Assembly (NCBI GenBank): GCA_963787835.1
Contig: CAWBEI010000002.1
Span: forward strand, 736,001 to 800,000
Length of the DNA: 64,000 nt
Direction of reading: 5' to 3'
Origin: Ignavibacteriota bacterium
Lineage (GTDB): Bacteria > Bacteroidota > Ignavibacteria > Palsa-1295
The notes under the pieces were generated by a model. That model was not told where the DNA came from and searched no databases. It was given only the letters and a program-made list of their open reading frames with translations. Shown piece by piece: positions 9,404-18,821 of the stretch (positions within the stretch are counted from its first letter, which is position 1; the number at the start of each line of letters is the position of its first letter). Both the position numbers and the translations under genes were made by a program.

Positions 9404-9904
9404 TTACGGATCAACGCGCCAAATGTTAATTGTGATCACGCCGTTCTGCAGCTTTCCCAGTATCCATTGACGGTTACCCTTCATGTAGTCGATATACATC
9501 AGTGTAGAGGCTGTTGGAAGCCCGATCTCTTTCGAAATACTCGCAGCGACCTTCGCGAAATCATCCGTCGATGCATTCGTTCCGAGCTTGCGCGGGTAGG
9601 GAGCAGAAACCTCCGAACTGACCGACATGCCCGAATCGCCAACTACCACCGTGATCTTTGCTGGCATTCCTTCGAAAAGAAGGTGCGCAAAAACAAGTTG
9701 TGTGTGTGGTCTGGGATTGGGTGTGCTCTTACCAAGTGGCGAATTAACGGATCGTTGGCGGGTATCCAACGCGGAGCTTGCGTCCGAGATGAGAGACGAA
9801 TCGATCAAATGCTCCCTGCCAAAAAGCTCAATCGCTTCTTTCTGCGAAATCGGGCGAACCAGGTCGCTTATTGTAATAAGTTTGGGTTGCACTGAAATCT
9901 GCAA
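9404..9904 (-). CDS. Hypothetical protein (true start uncertain, possibly ~9977 with indels)
   Basis: 166-aa ORF ending 9 nt before msrA; signal-peptide-like sequence lies in adjacent frames upstream. Confidence 0.55.
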   Translation of the reverse strand: MQISVQPKLITISDLVRPISQKEAIELFGREHLIDSSLISDASSALDTRQRSVNSPLGKSTPNPRPHTQLVFAHLLFEGMPAKITVVVGDSGMSVSSEVSAPYPRKLGTNASTDDFAKVAASISKEIGLPTASTLMYIDYMKGNRQWILGKLQNGVITINIWRVDP

Positions 9905-10070
9905 TGCACCCCCTCCGTGTGGCCCGATAAAAAAGCCAAAACGCTGAGAAAAAAGCCATTCGTAACATCGTACTCATAGGCTGTTAAACATTTTGCAGGC
10001 TACTGGGTTCAAATCAATCCGCACGAGGAATGCGAATTAGAACAATGAGCATCAAAAATTCATAAAAGGC

Positions 10071-10105
10071 AAAAAAAATGGGCGAGGCGCGGTGCCAAGC
10101 CCATT
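10071..10105 (-). terminator. Rho-independent terminator
   Basis: Minus strand AATGGGC-TTGGCACCGCGCCTC-GCCCATT running into an 8-T tract. Confidence 0.6.
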
Positions 10106-10402
10106 CCTTTGTTCTTCGCTTGCTTTCCCCACTGCACGCATCGTCGCCGATGCTTCGCAGTAGTGAAACACTTGTTTTATACCTGCTCGAGGTGCGAGGT
10201 ATCTAAAATTCTGAAATATCCTCAAAAACGATATATTTCAGAATGGGATCATGTCACTGCTTACATGAATCTAAAGTGTAACCCACGAATCGACGGTTCA
10301 TAACAAAGAATTTTTAAAAATCCAAATATTTCTTATGGAAAGAGTTTGGCGACGAAAAATCAATGAATTAATCCTGTCACAAACCGTTAGGTCTGGGGTT
10401 AC

Positions 10403-11218
10403 ATGTTTAAGAAACGTACTGAATTGAACGAATTCGCCATACCGGTTCCTGCCATCAGGACGCGGCGTGCGCCGGATGAGCGTATCAGGATCGAAGGAGC
10501 CCGCGAACAAGCTCCCTCATCTCGTGGCTCCGAGGCTCACCCAGCGCCGGCGATCGATCATGCAAGACCGTTTCAACTCAAGGAACCAGCCGCTGCGATC
10601 GCCTCCAAAAATGGAGTGTTTAGTAACAATGGTACGTCAGTAGCTAAACGAACAAAGGAAGAGCTTGCAAAGCTTGAAGACAGTGAGCTGCTAACCCTGT
10701 TTCAATCCGGTGACGAGCGGGCATTCTACACACTCTTCGAGCGCCGCCAAAAAGAGATCTATACGCATTGCTTTCGGATGTGCTCGCGGGATGCCGAAAA
10801 AGCCAACGATGCGTTTCAGGATACGTTCGTAAAAGTTTTTACACGAAAGGCGCTTTTTACAGACGCAACGAACGGGCGGGCCTGGCTCTACCGCATAGCG
10901 ACGAACACCTGTTTGAACTATCTTCGGTACGATAAGCGGCATCCGCGCGAAGCGCTCGATGAAAATCTGAACTCACAGGATCCGCAAATGCAGCCGGATT
11001 TTGGCACCGAACAGGAATCGCTGAAAAACTCGCTGGAAGCGGCGATCGCCGAACTGCCGATCGAACTACGAGAGCCATTTTTGCTCCGGGAGATCGATGA
11101 GTTCAGTTATGAGGATGCAGCGGCTCAACTTGGGATCACGGTTCCCGCCTGCCGTCAGCGCGTGTATCGCGCGAAGCAGTTATTACGCGAAGCTTTGGAA
11201 GATGTCGTGAAGGAATAA
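10403..11218 (+). CDS. ECF-family RNA polymerase sigma-70 factor with N-terminal extension
   Basis: GDERAFYTLFER, ANDAFQDTFVKV, AWLYRIATNTCLNYLR (region 2); LPIELREPFLLRE...SYEDAA...RQRVYRAK (region 4). Confidence 0.93.
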   Translation: MFKKRTELNEFAIPVPAIRTRRAPDERIRIEGAREQAPSSRGSEAHPAPAIDHARPFQLKEPAAAIASKNGVFSNNGTSVAKRTKEELAKLEDSELLTLFQSGDERAFYTLFERRQKEIYTHCFRMCSRDAEKANDAFQDTFVKVFTRKALFTDATNGRAWLYRIATNTCLNYLRYDKRHPREALDENLNSQDPQMQPDFGTEQESLKNSLEAAIAELPIELREPFLLREIDEFSYEDAAAQLGITVPACRQRVYRAKQLLREALEDVVKE

Positions 11219-11261
11219 ACGCTGAAGCAAACGCCTATAAAGTTTTATCAGGAATACAAAA

Positions 11262-12629
11262 ATGCAATACGAAGAAAAATCGAATTTAGATGATCGCTCT
11301 GGATTAGAACAGAGGATCATCGCGCATTTCGATGGTTCGCTGAACTCTCAGTCATCGAAAGCACTGCTCGATGAAGTGATGGCGAGCCCGGAGAAGCGCG
11401 CGCTCTTTCGCGCCCACGAGACGCTTAATAGCGTCATCGCGGCCGCACGCGTTCCCATGGAAGCGCCCCTCGAAACCCGGCGCGAGATCGCCGACCGTAT
11501 TCCCGGCCTCATCGCGTTCATTCCCGGTCTTTTAGGAACGGCCGAGACCATGCCGATCCTCCAGCAGGCTACCAATCCGTTCATTTCGTTCTTTGCTCGG
11601 ATGTCACTTCAGACGGCAGTTTCTATCGGCGCTGCGGTTGCCCTGCTGACCACGGCTGGAATCGTCGTTAAGAACAATCTCGATAATAGCAGCCCGCCCA
11701 CACCGAAGATCGCGACCATTCAGCAGGCATCGCCAGCAACATCTCAGCCATCAACGAATTATGCGTTAGGGAACTCTGCGATGAGCGCCACAACTCCGAG
11801 CGCCGCCGTTAGCAATAGTTTGAAGCGTAATTCTGCAAATATTGCTTCGAACACTGTTGCTACTAAACTGAACGTTTCAGAAGCTGTTTCGCAAGACAAT
11901 GTGAATGCTTCGCAGAGCATAGCACCATCCAAGTCAATCGCGAATGCCGCAACGAACAACAGCGACCACCTTCTGGTAAGCAATGCATTCGATTCCCCGA
12001 GATCCACTGCTGCAATCGCTGAGAACATACCTGTGACGCACGCAGGGATCCTCATGCCAACGCCCTATGAAGTGGGCGAAGGAATCACCGTTCGACCGTA
12101 CGCATCGTATGGTTCACGCATGCTTCAGCTTCCAGGCATCGATGCCCCCGGCAAGAGTGCATTCGTATCGAACTCCGTGCTCGGCGTCGAATTCGAAATT
12201 GGAGACCGTTATGCGTTCCGTGTGCAAGGCGGACAAACCGGCTTTGCGCAGTTCGCATACGTGAAGACCTCGCGATCCTTCGCTGGGTTCCCGATCTATG
12301 GCTCTGCGATGTCCACACAGACCGCAGATTGGGCAACCGCCGGAATATCGTATTCCTTTGTTCTGACCCAATCATTCCCACTCATTCTAAGTGCGGATGC
12401 CGGGGCAGTCTTTACGAACACGACAGGCCTGATGGCGATCTTTGGAGCATCCACAGAAATTCCCCTTACCGGGCAGTTAGTAGTGCGGCCAACCTTAACG
12501 TACGACCTGGTTGGAACTTCCCTCTCCTCGCCAACGGTAACGAACGCTATTTATACCAATCCGATCACGCAGACCTCGATGCTCACCGGCGCGTTAGGAT
12601 TCCAGATCAATATACTGTTCCGTCCGTAA
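11262..12629 (+). CDS. Putative anti-sigma factor: N-terminal anti-sigma helix, TM segment, S/T/A/N linker, C-terminal beta-barrel-like domain
   Basis: Directly downstream of ECF sigma; IIAHFDGSL motif; TM AVSIGAAVALLTTAGIVV; alternating beta strands ending LGFQINILFRP. Confidence 0.65.
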   Translation: MQYEEKSNLDDRSGLEQRIIAHFDGSLNSQSSKALLDEVMASPEKRALFRAHETLNSVIAAARVPMEAPLETRREIADRIPGLIAFIPGLLGTAETMPILQQATNPFISFFARMSLQTAVSIGAAVALLTTAGIVVKNNLDNSSPPTPKIATIQQASPATSQPSTNYALGNSAMSATTPSAAVSNSLKRNSANIASNTVATKLNVSEAVSQDNVNASQSIAPSKSIANAATNNSDHLLVSNAFDSPRSTAAIAENIPVTHAGILMPTPYEVGEGITVRPYASYGSRMLQLPGIDAPGKSAFVSNSVLGVEFEIGDRYAFRVQGGQTGFAQFAYVKTSRSFAGFPIYGSAMSTQTADWATAGISYSFVLTQSFPLILSADAGAVFTNTTGLMAIFGASTEIPLTGQLVVRPTLTYDLVGTSLSSPTVTNAIYTNPITQTSMLTGALGFQINILFRP

Positions 12630-14150
12630 ATGCGCAAGCTGATCTACATATCGCTCATTGCGTTGGCTGGGTGTACGACCGAGCTTACGGGGCCACAGGC
12701 GCCGACCGGTGTCACTGGCTCCGATATGGCTGATTATTTCTGGCATGATAGTACGTATCACTATCAGTCTTCCACCGGACTTCAAACCATTCAGGTGCAG
12801 GCCAATGGAACGATTGTCGATTATAATCCGGCTGTTGGACAGAATACGTTCTTTTCAACGACGAAATCCAATGGCGCTTTTTCGTTGAGCGGATTTTCGC
12901 CGTCTGATATTTTTGGCCTGGATCCGTCACTTCAGGTGGTGCCCGATACGATCTTCGGTAACCCTTGGACGGAGACGATTCGCTCGATCGCAGCGGTTAA
13001 TTCAGAAAGCGGCAGTTACTTGTTCGCTGCTTCTGATTCGGTTCTGTATCAGGTTACGTTGCAGCCCATCAATAGCCTTGTCCGTCTGAGTGTGCTGCCC
13101 GTGAGAGGTCTGACGCTCGTACAAGATGTAACAGGAAATGGCCTCTACGCCTATCAAAAAGGTGGTGACACCATCCTCTGGACTGACGATGGCTATAACT
13201 GGTTGGCATTCACAGCACCAACTGCGGGAATTACAGCGTTCGCTTCTTCGAGTCCCACGATCAACGATGGCGATGATCTGTTCTGGGTGGCGTGTGGTGC
13301 AAACCTGTATCAATTCTCCAGCATCTCCAAAGCACTCACTGCCGTTACCTCCTGCCCGCTGACGAACATTGTAGCTTTGGAAGCCAATCGTAACGGCGTG
13401 ATCGCCGGAGGAGACAACGGTCAGATCTACGAAGTCAGCTATTATGGCTCCTCTACGTTGCAAGCAACGGTTCCCGGAACGCTCGATGGGATCGCCGCAA
13501 AGTTTGCTTCTACTTCGAGCGGGGTCTATGATTTTACGAACGCATCCGCTACGGTGCTTTCGGGTAACTATTCGACCATCTATTCCACGGGCGTAAGTAT
13601 CTTTGCTGCTCAAAGCGGCGGCGCTGTAGATCATTTCGCACTGTTCGGCGCTCCGAACGACGTTGTTCTACCGGCGCCAAATGGCAGTAACGTCGTTACC
13701 CAATTTGCTTTACCCTCTCAAGGTCCATACGATCCAAACAGCGGAGTTTTTGCCCTGGCTGGCACGCAAGTGTATTACCGTCAAAATGCGACGACGTGGG
13801 TACCCGTCAATCAGACCGTTGTACCACCCCCCGCTCTGAAACCTGGTTCCCTGACGCTGCTTGATTCCAATAGCTCCTGGATCGCCGGGTATATTGAGCG
13901 AAACAACATGGGTGGTCCACAGCATAGCTATACCTATTATGCTACGAGTTCCGGACCGGTAGCTCAGGTAAAGTTCGGCGGAGCGACGTATAACAATGTG
14001 CTGCTTGTTAATTATGTAGCGAAATTAAATGGCATGACGGATTCGGATGATGTCCCTCAATATAATATCTATTTCGAAAAGGGCTTAGGCCCTGTCGTGA
14101 TCCAGCGATCTGAAAATGGGAGTGTAACAACAACCACGCTCGTGAAGTAG
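12630..14150 (+). CDS. Lipoprotein, probable beta-propeller
   Basis: Lipobox LAGC; beta-rich; abuts upstream stop codon. Confidence 0.75.
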   Translation: MRKLIYISLIALAGCTTELTGPQAPTGVTGSDMADYFWHDSTYHYQSSTGLQTIQVQANGTIVDYNPAVGQNTFFSTTKSNGAFSLSGFSPSDIFGLDPSLQVVPDTIFGNPWTETIRSIAAVNSESGSYLFAASDSVLYQVTLQPINSLVRLSVLPVRGLTLVQDVTGNGLYAYQKGGDTILWTDDGYNWLAFTAPTAGITAFASSSPTINDGDDLFWVACGANLYQFSSISKALTAVTSCPLTNIVALEANRNGVIAGGDNGQIYEVSYYGSSTLQATVPGTLDGIAAKFASTSSGVYDFTNASATVLSGNYSTIYSTGVSIFAAQSGGAVDHFALFGAPNDVVLPAPNGSNVVTQFALPSQGPYDPNSGVFALAGTQVYYRQNATTWVPVNQTVVPPPALKPGSLTLLDSNSSWIAGYIERNNMGGPQHSYTYYATSSGPVAQVKFGGATYNNVLLVNYVAKLNGMTDSDDVPQYNIYFEKGLGPVVIQRSENGSVTTTTLVK

Positions 14151-14254
14151 CCTTTCCCTCTTCGAAGGCCGGATTCTGTTGAGACTAAAATAGGTCAGGA
14201 AGCGTTTATATCACTTCGTTCATAACTCTTCCAATTGATTCTGACTATCTAACT

Positions 14255-15418
14255 ATGCAGATCGCCGACCGCATCAACCGTCTTGGTACTGAAACCTCTT
14301 TTGTCGTATTAGCCCGCGCCCGTGAGCTGGAAGCTCAGGGCAAGGACATCGTCCATCTCGAAATTGGCGAACCCGATTTCGATACCGCACCCAATATTAT
14401 CGCAGGCGCAAAAAAGGCGCTCGATGATGGCTTCACCCACTACGGCCCGGCACCGGGTCTGCCACAGTTTCGCAAGTGTATTGCGGAGGTCGAAGGCGCT
14501 CGCCGAGGTTTAGAATTCAAGCCGGATATGGTCGTGGTTACCCCCGGTGCGAAACCGATCATGTATTACGCCATTATGGCGATCGTTAATCCCGGCGATG
14601 AAGTGATCTATCCGAATCCTGGATTCCCGATCTACGAAAGCGCCATCGAACTTGCTGGCGGCACCGCGATACCGCTTCCGCTCACCGAAGAAACTGGATT
14701 CAGCTTTTCCATCGAGGATCTTCGCTCGCGCATTACGCCGAAGACGAAGATGCTCGTCATCAATTCCCCGCAAAATCCGACGGGCGGAATTCTTACGCAA
14801 GACGATCTCAAACAAATTGCCGAGCTTGCCGTGAAGCATGACTTCTGGGTGCTTGCCGATGAAATTTATGGCCGCATCGTCTATGATGGTTTTAAGAATT
14901 ACACCATTGCGAGCTACCCCGGCATGATGGATCGTACCATTATTCTCGATGGCTTTTCAAAAACGTACGCGATGACCGGCTGGCGATTAGGTTATGGCAT
15001 TATGCCGAAGGAGTTAGCTGAAGTCGTCTCAAAGTTGCAGACGAACGTTGCAAGCTGCACCGCAAGCTTTATTCAGATCGCTGGGATTGAGGCGCTGACC
15101 GGTCCGCAAAAATGGGTCGATGATGTGGTCGAGGAATTCAAACGCCGCCGCGATCTTATCGTCGATGGTATGAATTCCCTTCCCGGATTTAGCTGCCACA
15201 AGCCGCTCGGTGCATTCTATGTGTTCCCCAATGTAACCGGCACTGGCATGGAGTGTCGAACACTTGCGAACCGTCTTCTGACGGAGGCTGGCGTGGCCTG
15301 TCTCTCCGGTGCGATGTTCGGCGAGTATGGTGAGGGCTATCTACGCTTTTCCTATGCCAACTCGATACCCAACATCGAAAAGGCGATAGAGCGCATCCGG
15401 AAATTCCTGGGAACCTGA
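14255..15418 (+). CDS. PLP-dependent class I/II aminotransferase (aspartate aminotransferase-like)
   Basis: GEPDFDT, INSPQNPTG, LADEIY, DGFSKTYAMTGWRLG. Confidence 0.95.
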   Translation: MQIADRINRLGTETSFVVLARARELEAQGKDIVHLEIGEPDFDTAPNIIAGAKKALDDGFTHYGPAPGLPQFRKCIAEVEGARRGLEFKPDMVVVTPGAKPIMYYAIMAIVNPGDEVIYPNPGFPIYESAIELAGGTAIPLPLTEETGFSFSIEDLRSRITPKTKMLVINSPQNPTGGILTQDDLKQIAELAVKHDFWVLADEIYGRIVYDGFKNYTIASYPGMMDRTIILDGFSKTYAMTGWRLGYGIMPKELAEVVSKLQTNVASCTASFIQIAGIEALTGPQKWVDDVVEEFKRRRDLIVDGMNSLPGFSCHKPLGAFYVFPNVTGTGMECRTLANRLLTEAGVACLSGAMFGEYGEGYLRFSYANSIPNIEKAIERIRKFLGT

Positions 15419-15455
15419 ACCTGGATTACGCGGATTGGATGGATTACGCGGATTT
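15418..15455. repeat. Nonamer repeat element (GGATTACGC)
   Basis: aacctggattacgcggattggatggattacgcggattt; related copies near 22001-22030 and 47780-47800. Confidence 0.6.
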
Positions 15456-15464
15456 ATTCCAAAC

Positions 15465-15492
15465 TGTCATTCCCGCGAACGCGGGAATCCAG
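15465..15492. repeat. REP/RPE-like palindrome
   Basis: tgtcattcccgcgaacgcgggaatccag (reads VIPANAGIQ). Confidence 0.7.
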
Positions 15493-17092
15493 TCCCTTGC
15501 CCTACGTGCGATACGTCTTTCCACCCTTCTCTTCTTACTTCTTACCTCTTACTTCGTACCTTCCGCAAAGGCCTATTGGCAGCAGCATGTCTCTTATGAC
15601 ATCCACGCCACACTGATCGATTCCATCCACACATTGGATGGATCGCTCTCGGTCGTCTATACGAATAATTCGCCGGACACGCTGCGGGAAGTATTCTTCC
15701 ACCTCTACGCCAATGCCTTCCAGCCCGGCAGCATGATGGATGAACGCGCCCTTGTGGTCCACACCGCGCCAGTCTATGACCGCATTCATAAACTTCCGGA
15801 ATCCGAATGGGGAAAATATTGGATCAATTCGGTTACTGCCGATCAGCAAAATGCCACGTTCGAAATAACTGGCACGATCATGCGTGTCGCGCTGGCTGAA
15901 CCACTCGCCCCGGGTGCATCCACTACGATCGCCATGCCCTTTCGCGAACAAATTCCCAGGCAGATTCGCCGAAGTGGATGGATGTCCGCTGAAGATGTAG
16001 AATATTCTATGTCGCAATGGTATCCAAAAGTGTGCGAATACGATTTCGAAGGCTGGCACCATCAGGAATATATTTCGAGAGAGTTCTATGGCGTCTGGGG
16101 TGATTTTGATATGGAACTCACCGTGCCCTCTCGTCTCATTGTCGGGGCAACAGGAACGTGCATGAATCCTTCCGAAGTCGGACACGGCTACGAACGGATT
16201 GCGGCCGGCGAAAAAGAGGGACTCGTTCAACCCAACCCCAATCTTCAGGGAATGACGACATGGAAGTTCCACGCATCGACCGTCCATGATTTTGCATGGG
16301 TCGCTGATCCTCAGTACGTTCATGAGTGGACGACGTGGCAGGATTCTATCACCGTTCACGCCATATACAAACGATGGGTACAGCGATGGTGGCAAAAGAG
16401 CGCGCTCGCCTATTCCATCCACGCACTCTCCACCTACAGCGAGCTTTACGGCCCTTACGCCTACCGGAATTTTTCTTGCACGATGGCCGGCGATGGCGGC
16501 ATGGAATATCCGCAGCTCATTATGATCACGGGATACCGCCCAGCGCCGATTTCGCTCGCCGGGGTCATCGCACATGAGGTGGGACACCAATGGTTCTATG
16601 GCATGCTCGGCTCCAACGAAACGCGGGAAGCATTCATGGATGAAGGATTTACCAGCTACGTCACCACCATCGCCATGAATCGGCTGTTTGGCGATTCGCA
16701 GGAGTATCCCGGCCAAAAACATTCCTGGCTTGATTGGTTTATCCCCACCTTTAGTAATAAGCGCGATAATTATCGCGGCTATCAGCAAATAGCTTCCCGG
16801 GGTTACGAAGAACCCCTCGATATTCCGCACGATTGGTTCCGTGAGGACGCAACGGCAGGACAGGTCTATGGCAAAACACAAGCGATCCTCTCCATGCTGC
16901 AATACACCCTCGGCGATTCCACGTTCGCGGCTGGAATGAAAAACTATTACTGGGAGTGGCGCTTCAAGCATCCGCATCTCACCGATTTCAAGAACGTGAT
17001 GGAAAAAACCGCGCACACTGATCTTACATGGTTTTTCGATGAGTGGTTCAAGACAACGCGGACGGTGGATTATGCGGCGGATGGAGTCGAAT

Positions 17093-17185
17093 CTTCCTCC
17101 TCCTTAAGAAGGAGGGGGCCACGGGGGTGGTCTTGATTCAGAGAAGGGACCACCCCCAACCCCCTCCTTCTTAAGGAGGGGGAGT
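17093..17185. repeat. Inverted dyad of REP-like palindromes inside the peptidase gene
   Basis: cctcctccttaagaaggagggggccacgggggtggtc ... gaccacccccaaccccctccttcttaaggagggggag. Confidence 0.85.
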
Positions 17186-18699
17186 ATGTTACTACCGTTA
17201 CACTCCACAATAATCAGCTTGCTGTTATGCCGCTCGATCTGCTCCTGCATTACAACGATGGCACATCCGACGCCGCGACCATTCCGCTTGCAGTAAATAA
17301 AGATCTCGATTATCACAAAGATGGCGTCAGCCTGTTCTTCCCAAGCTGGGATTGGACCGCACCACAATATACCGGTTCCCTCATCACGCCAAAACCCGTT
17401 TCCTGGTTTGAGATCGACACCTCCTGGCGCTTGCAGGATCTGAATTGGCTGAATAATTACAGTACGCTTTTACCACCGGGCGAATGGGTTTTGTGGAAAC
17501 AGCTTTTTCTCAATCCGCCAATTGATAAATATTATGCCGTAGTGCGGCCAATTGTGTGGCCAGATTATTATTCGTTATGGGATGTTGGGGCTGGAATTAA
17601 ATATGGAATGAACAATAGTTTTACAGGGGATTTGAAATTGATGTACACCGGCTATACGGTTGCTGGACCGGACAATGCCGTTCCATGGTATGATGACGTT
17701 GATGCCGCGCTTTTATTCAAGGCTCCTGTTGACTGGCTTGGAAGGCTTTCAGCCTTTGATATTGATGCAGAAAAACTGTACGGTATTTCCACGATCCGAG
17801 CGGAAATCACAAAAACATTCCGGCCAGAATTCTGGCGGCTTGGTGGTTTGCAATCTGCTTCGTTCTATGTCGAAGATCAGCAACTTGTGGATAATAAGGA
17901 ATTTTATCCGGTCTGGCATTCTGGATGGGGCGAACGATCTTTTTTTGATGGAGAAGTTGGAATTATCGTCCCCTATGGAATGCATACTCAAGTTTCCGGA
18001 CTCAAATATTCCATCGCAAGCGAGGGCGGCGAAACGCATTTCGATATGTTCGGCGAATCTAGCATTCTCAATTCCGATGCTACATTCTCGCGCGCGGAGG
18101 CTACGTTTAACAGTACTCTGACCCTCCAGAAAGATATGAGCGCCCATATCAGGCTTGCCGCCGGCATCGCAAGTTCCGGCACGCCTTATCAACGCGAGTT
18201 CTGGCTCGACCGCGCCGATAATTACGAAGAGCAGAATAATGGTTTTTATCGAGCTGTCTCCAGTATCAGCGAACCGTTTAGCCAGAATACTTCCATGTTC
18301 ATCAATGGCGGCGCTGGCGTTCGCGGGTACAATGCAGGAAATGCCGCAGAAAATATTTATGGCGATCAAATGGCGGGAGCCAGTGTAGATCTCAATCTTC
18401 CCAATCCCCTTTCGACGATTTCGGGATTTTCGGCAATCACCCCCGGTATATTTCTGGATGCCGGATGGATCGAAAACGATTCACTTCGTGGCGACGCCGG
18501 AATTAAATTCGATGTAAATATTCTTTCTTGGCTTCCTAATCAACTGCGCGGCGTAGCAGAAGAATACGATAAAATTCCTACCATGGCTGTGAATTTCCCA
18601 TTATACGAAAACCTTCCGCTCGATGGCAAAGCAAATTTCGCATTCAGGTGGGCTGTTTCAATTGGTGCAGCCTTTTGATAATCATGGATTTATTATTAC

Positions 18700-18801
18700 G
18701 TCATTGCGAGGAGTCCCGGAGGGACGACGAAGCAATCTGTTGAGATTTACCTGTAATGCATGGGATTGCTTCGTCACCCCTTCGGGGTTCCTCGCAATGA
18801 C
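18700..18801. repeat. Intergenic REP/RPE-like inverted-repeat element
   Basis: gtcattgcgagga...gacgaagcaatc / gattgcttcgtc...tcctcgcaatgac. Confidence 0.85.
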
Positions 18802-18821
18802 ATTATTCATAAATATCGACT

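Larger units (their letters stand above)
15439..18678 (+). pseudogene. M1-family aminopeptidase with C-terminal Omp85-like barrel, interrupted by in-frame TGA at 17134-17136
   Basis: GGMEYP, HEVGH, DEGF; ORFs 15439..17136 and 17227..18678 are in the same frame with a single stop between them; colinear with intact paralog 18822..22001. Confidence 0.75.

Noticed and set aside
15535-17016. 493-aa antisense ORF
   Set aside because: Shadow of the M1 peptidase on the opposite strand; no motifs
17134-17136. Selenocysteine or alternative genetic code reading of the TGA
   Set aside because: The position is a repeat-derived loop, not a Cys-equivalent site; no SECIS-like hairpin directly downstream; TGA is a normal stop for many genes here
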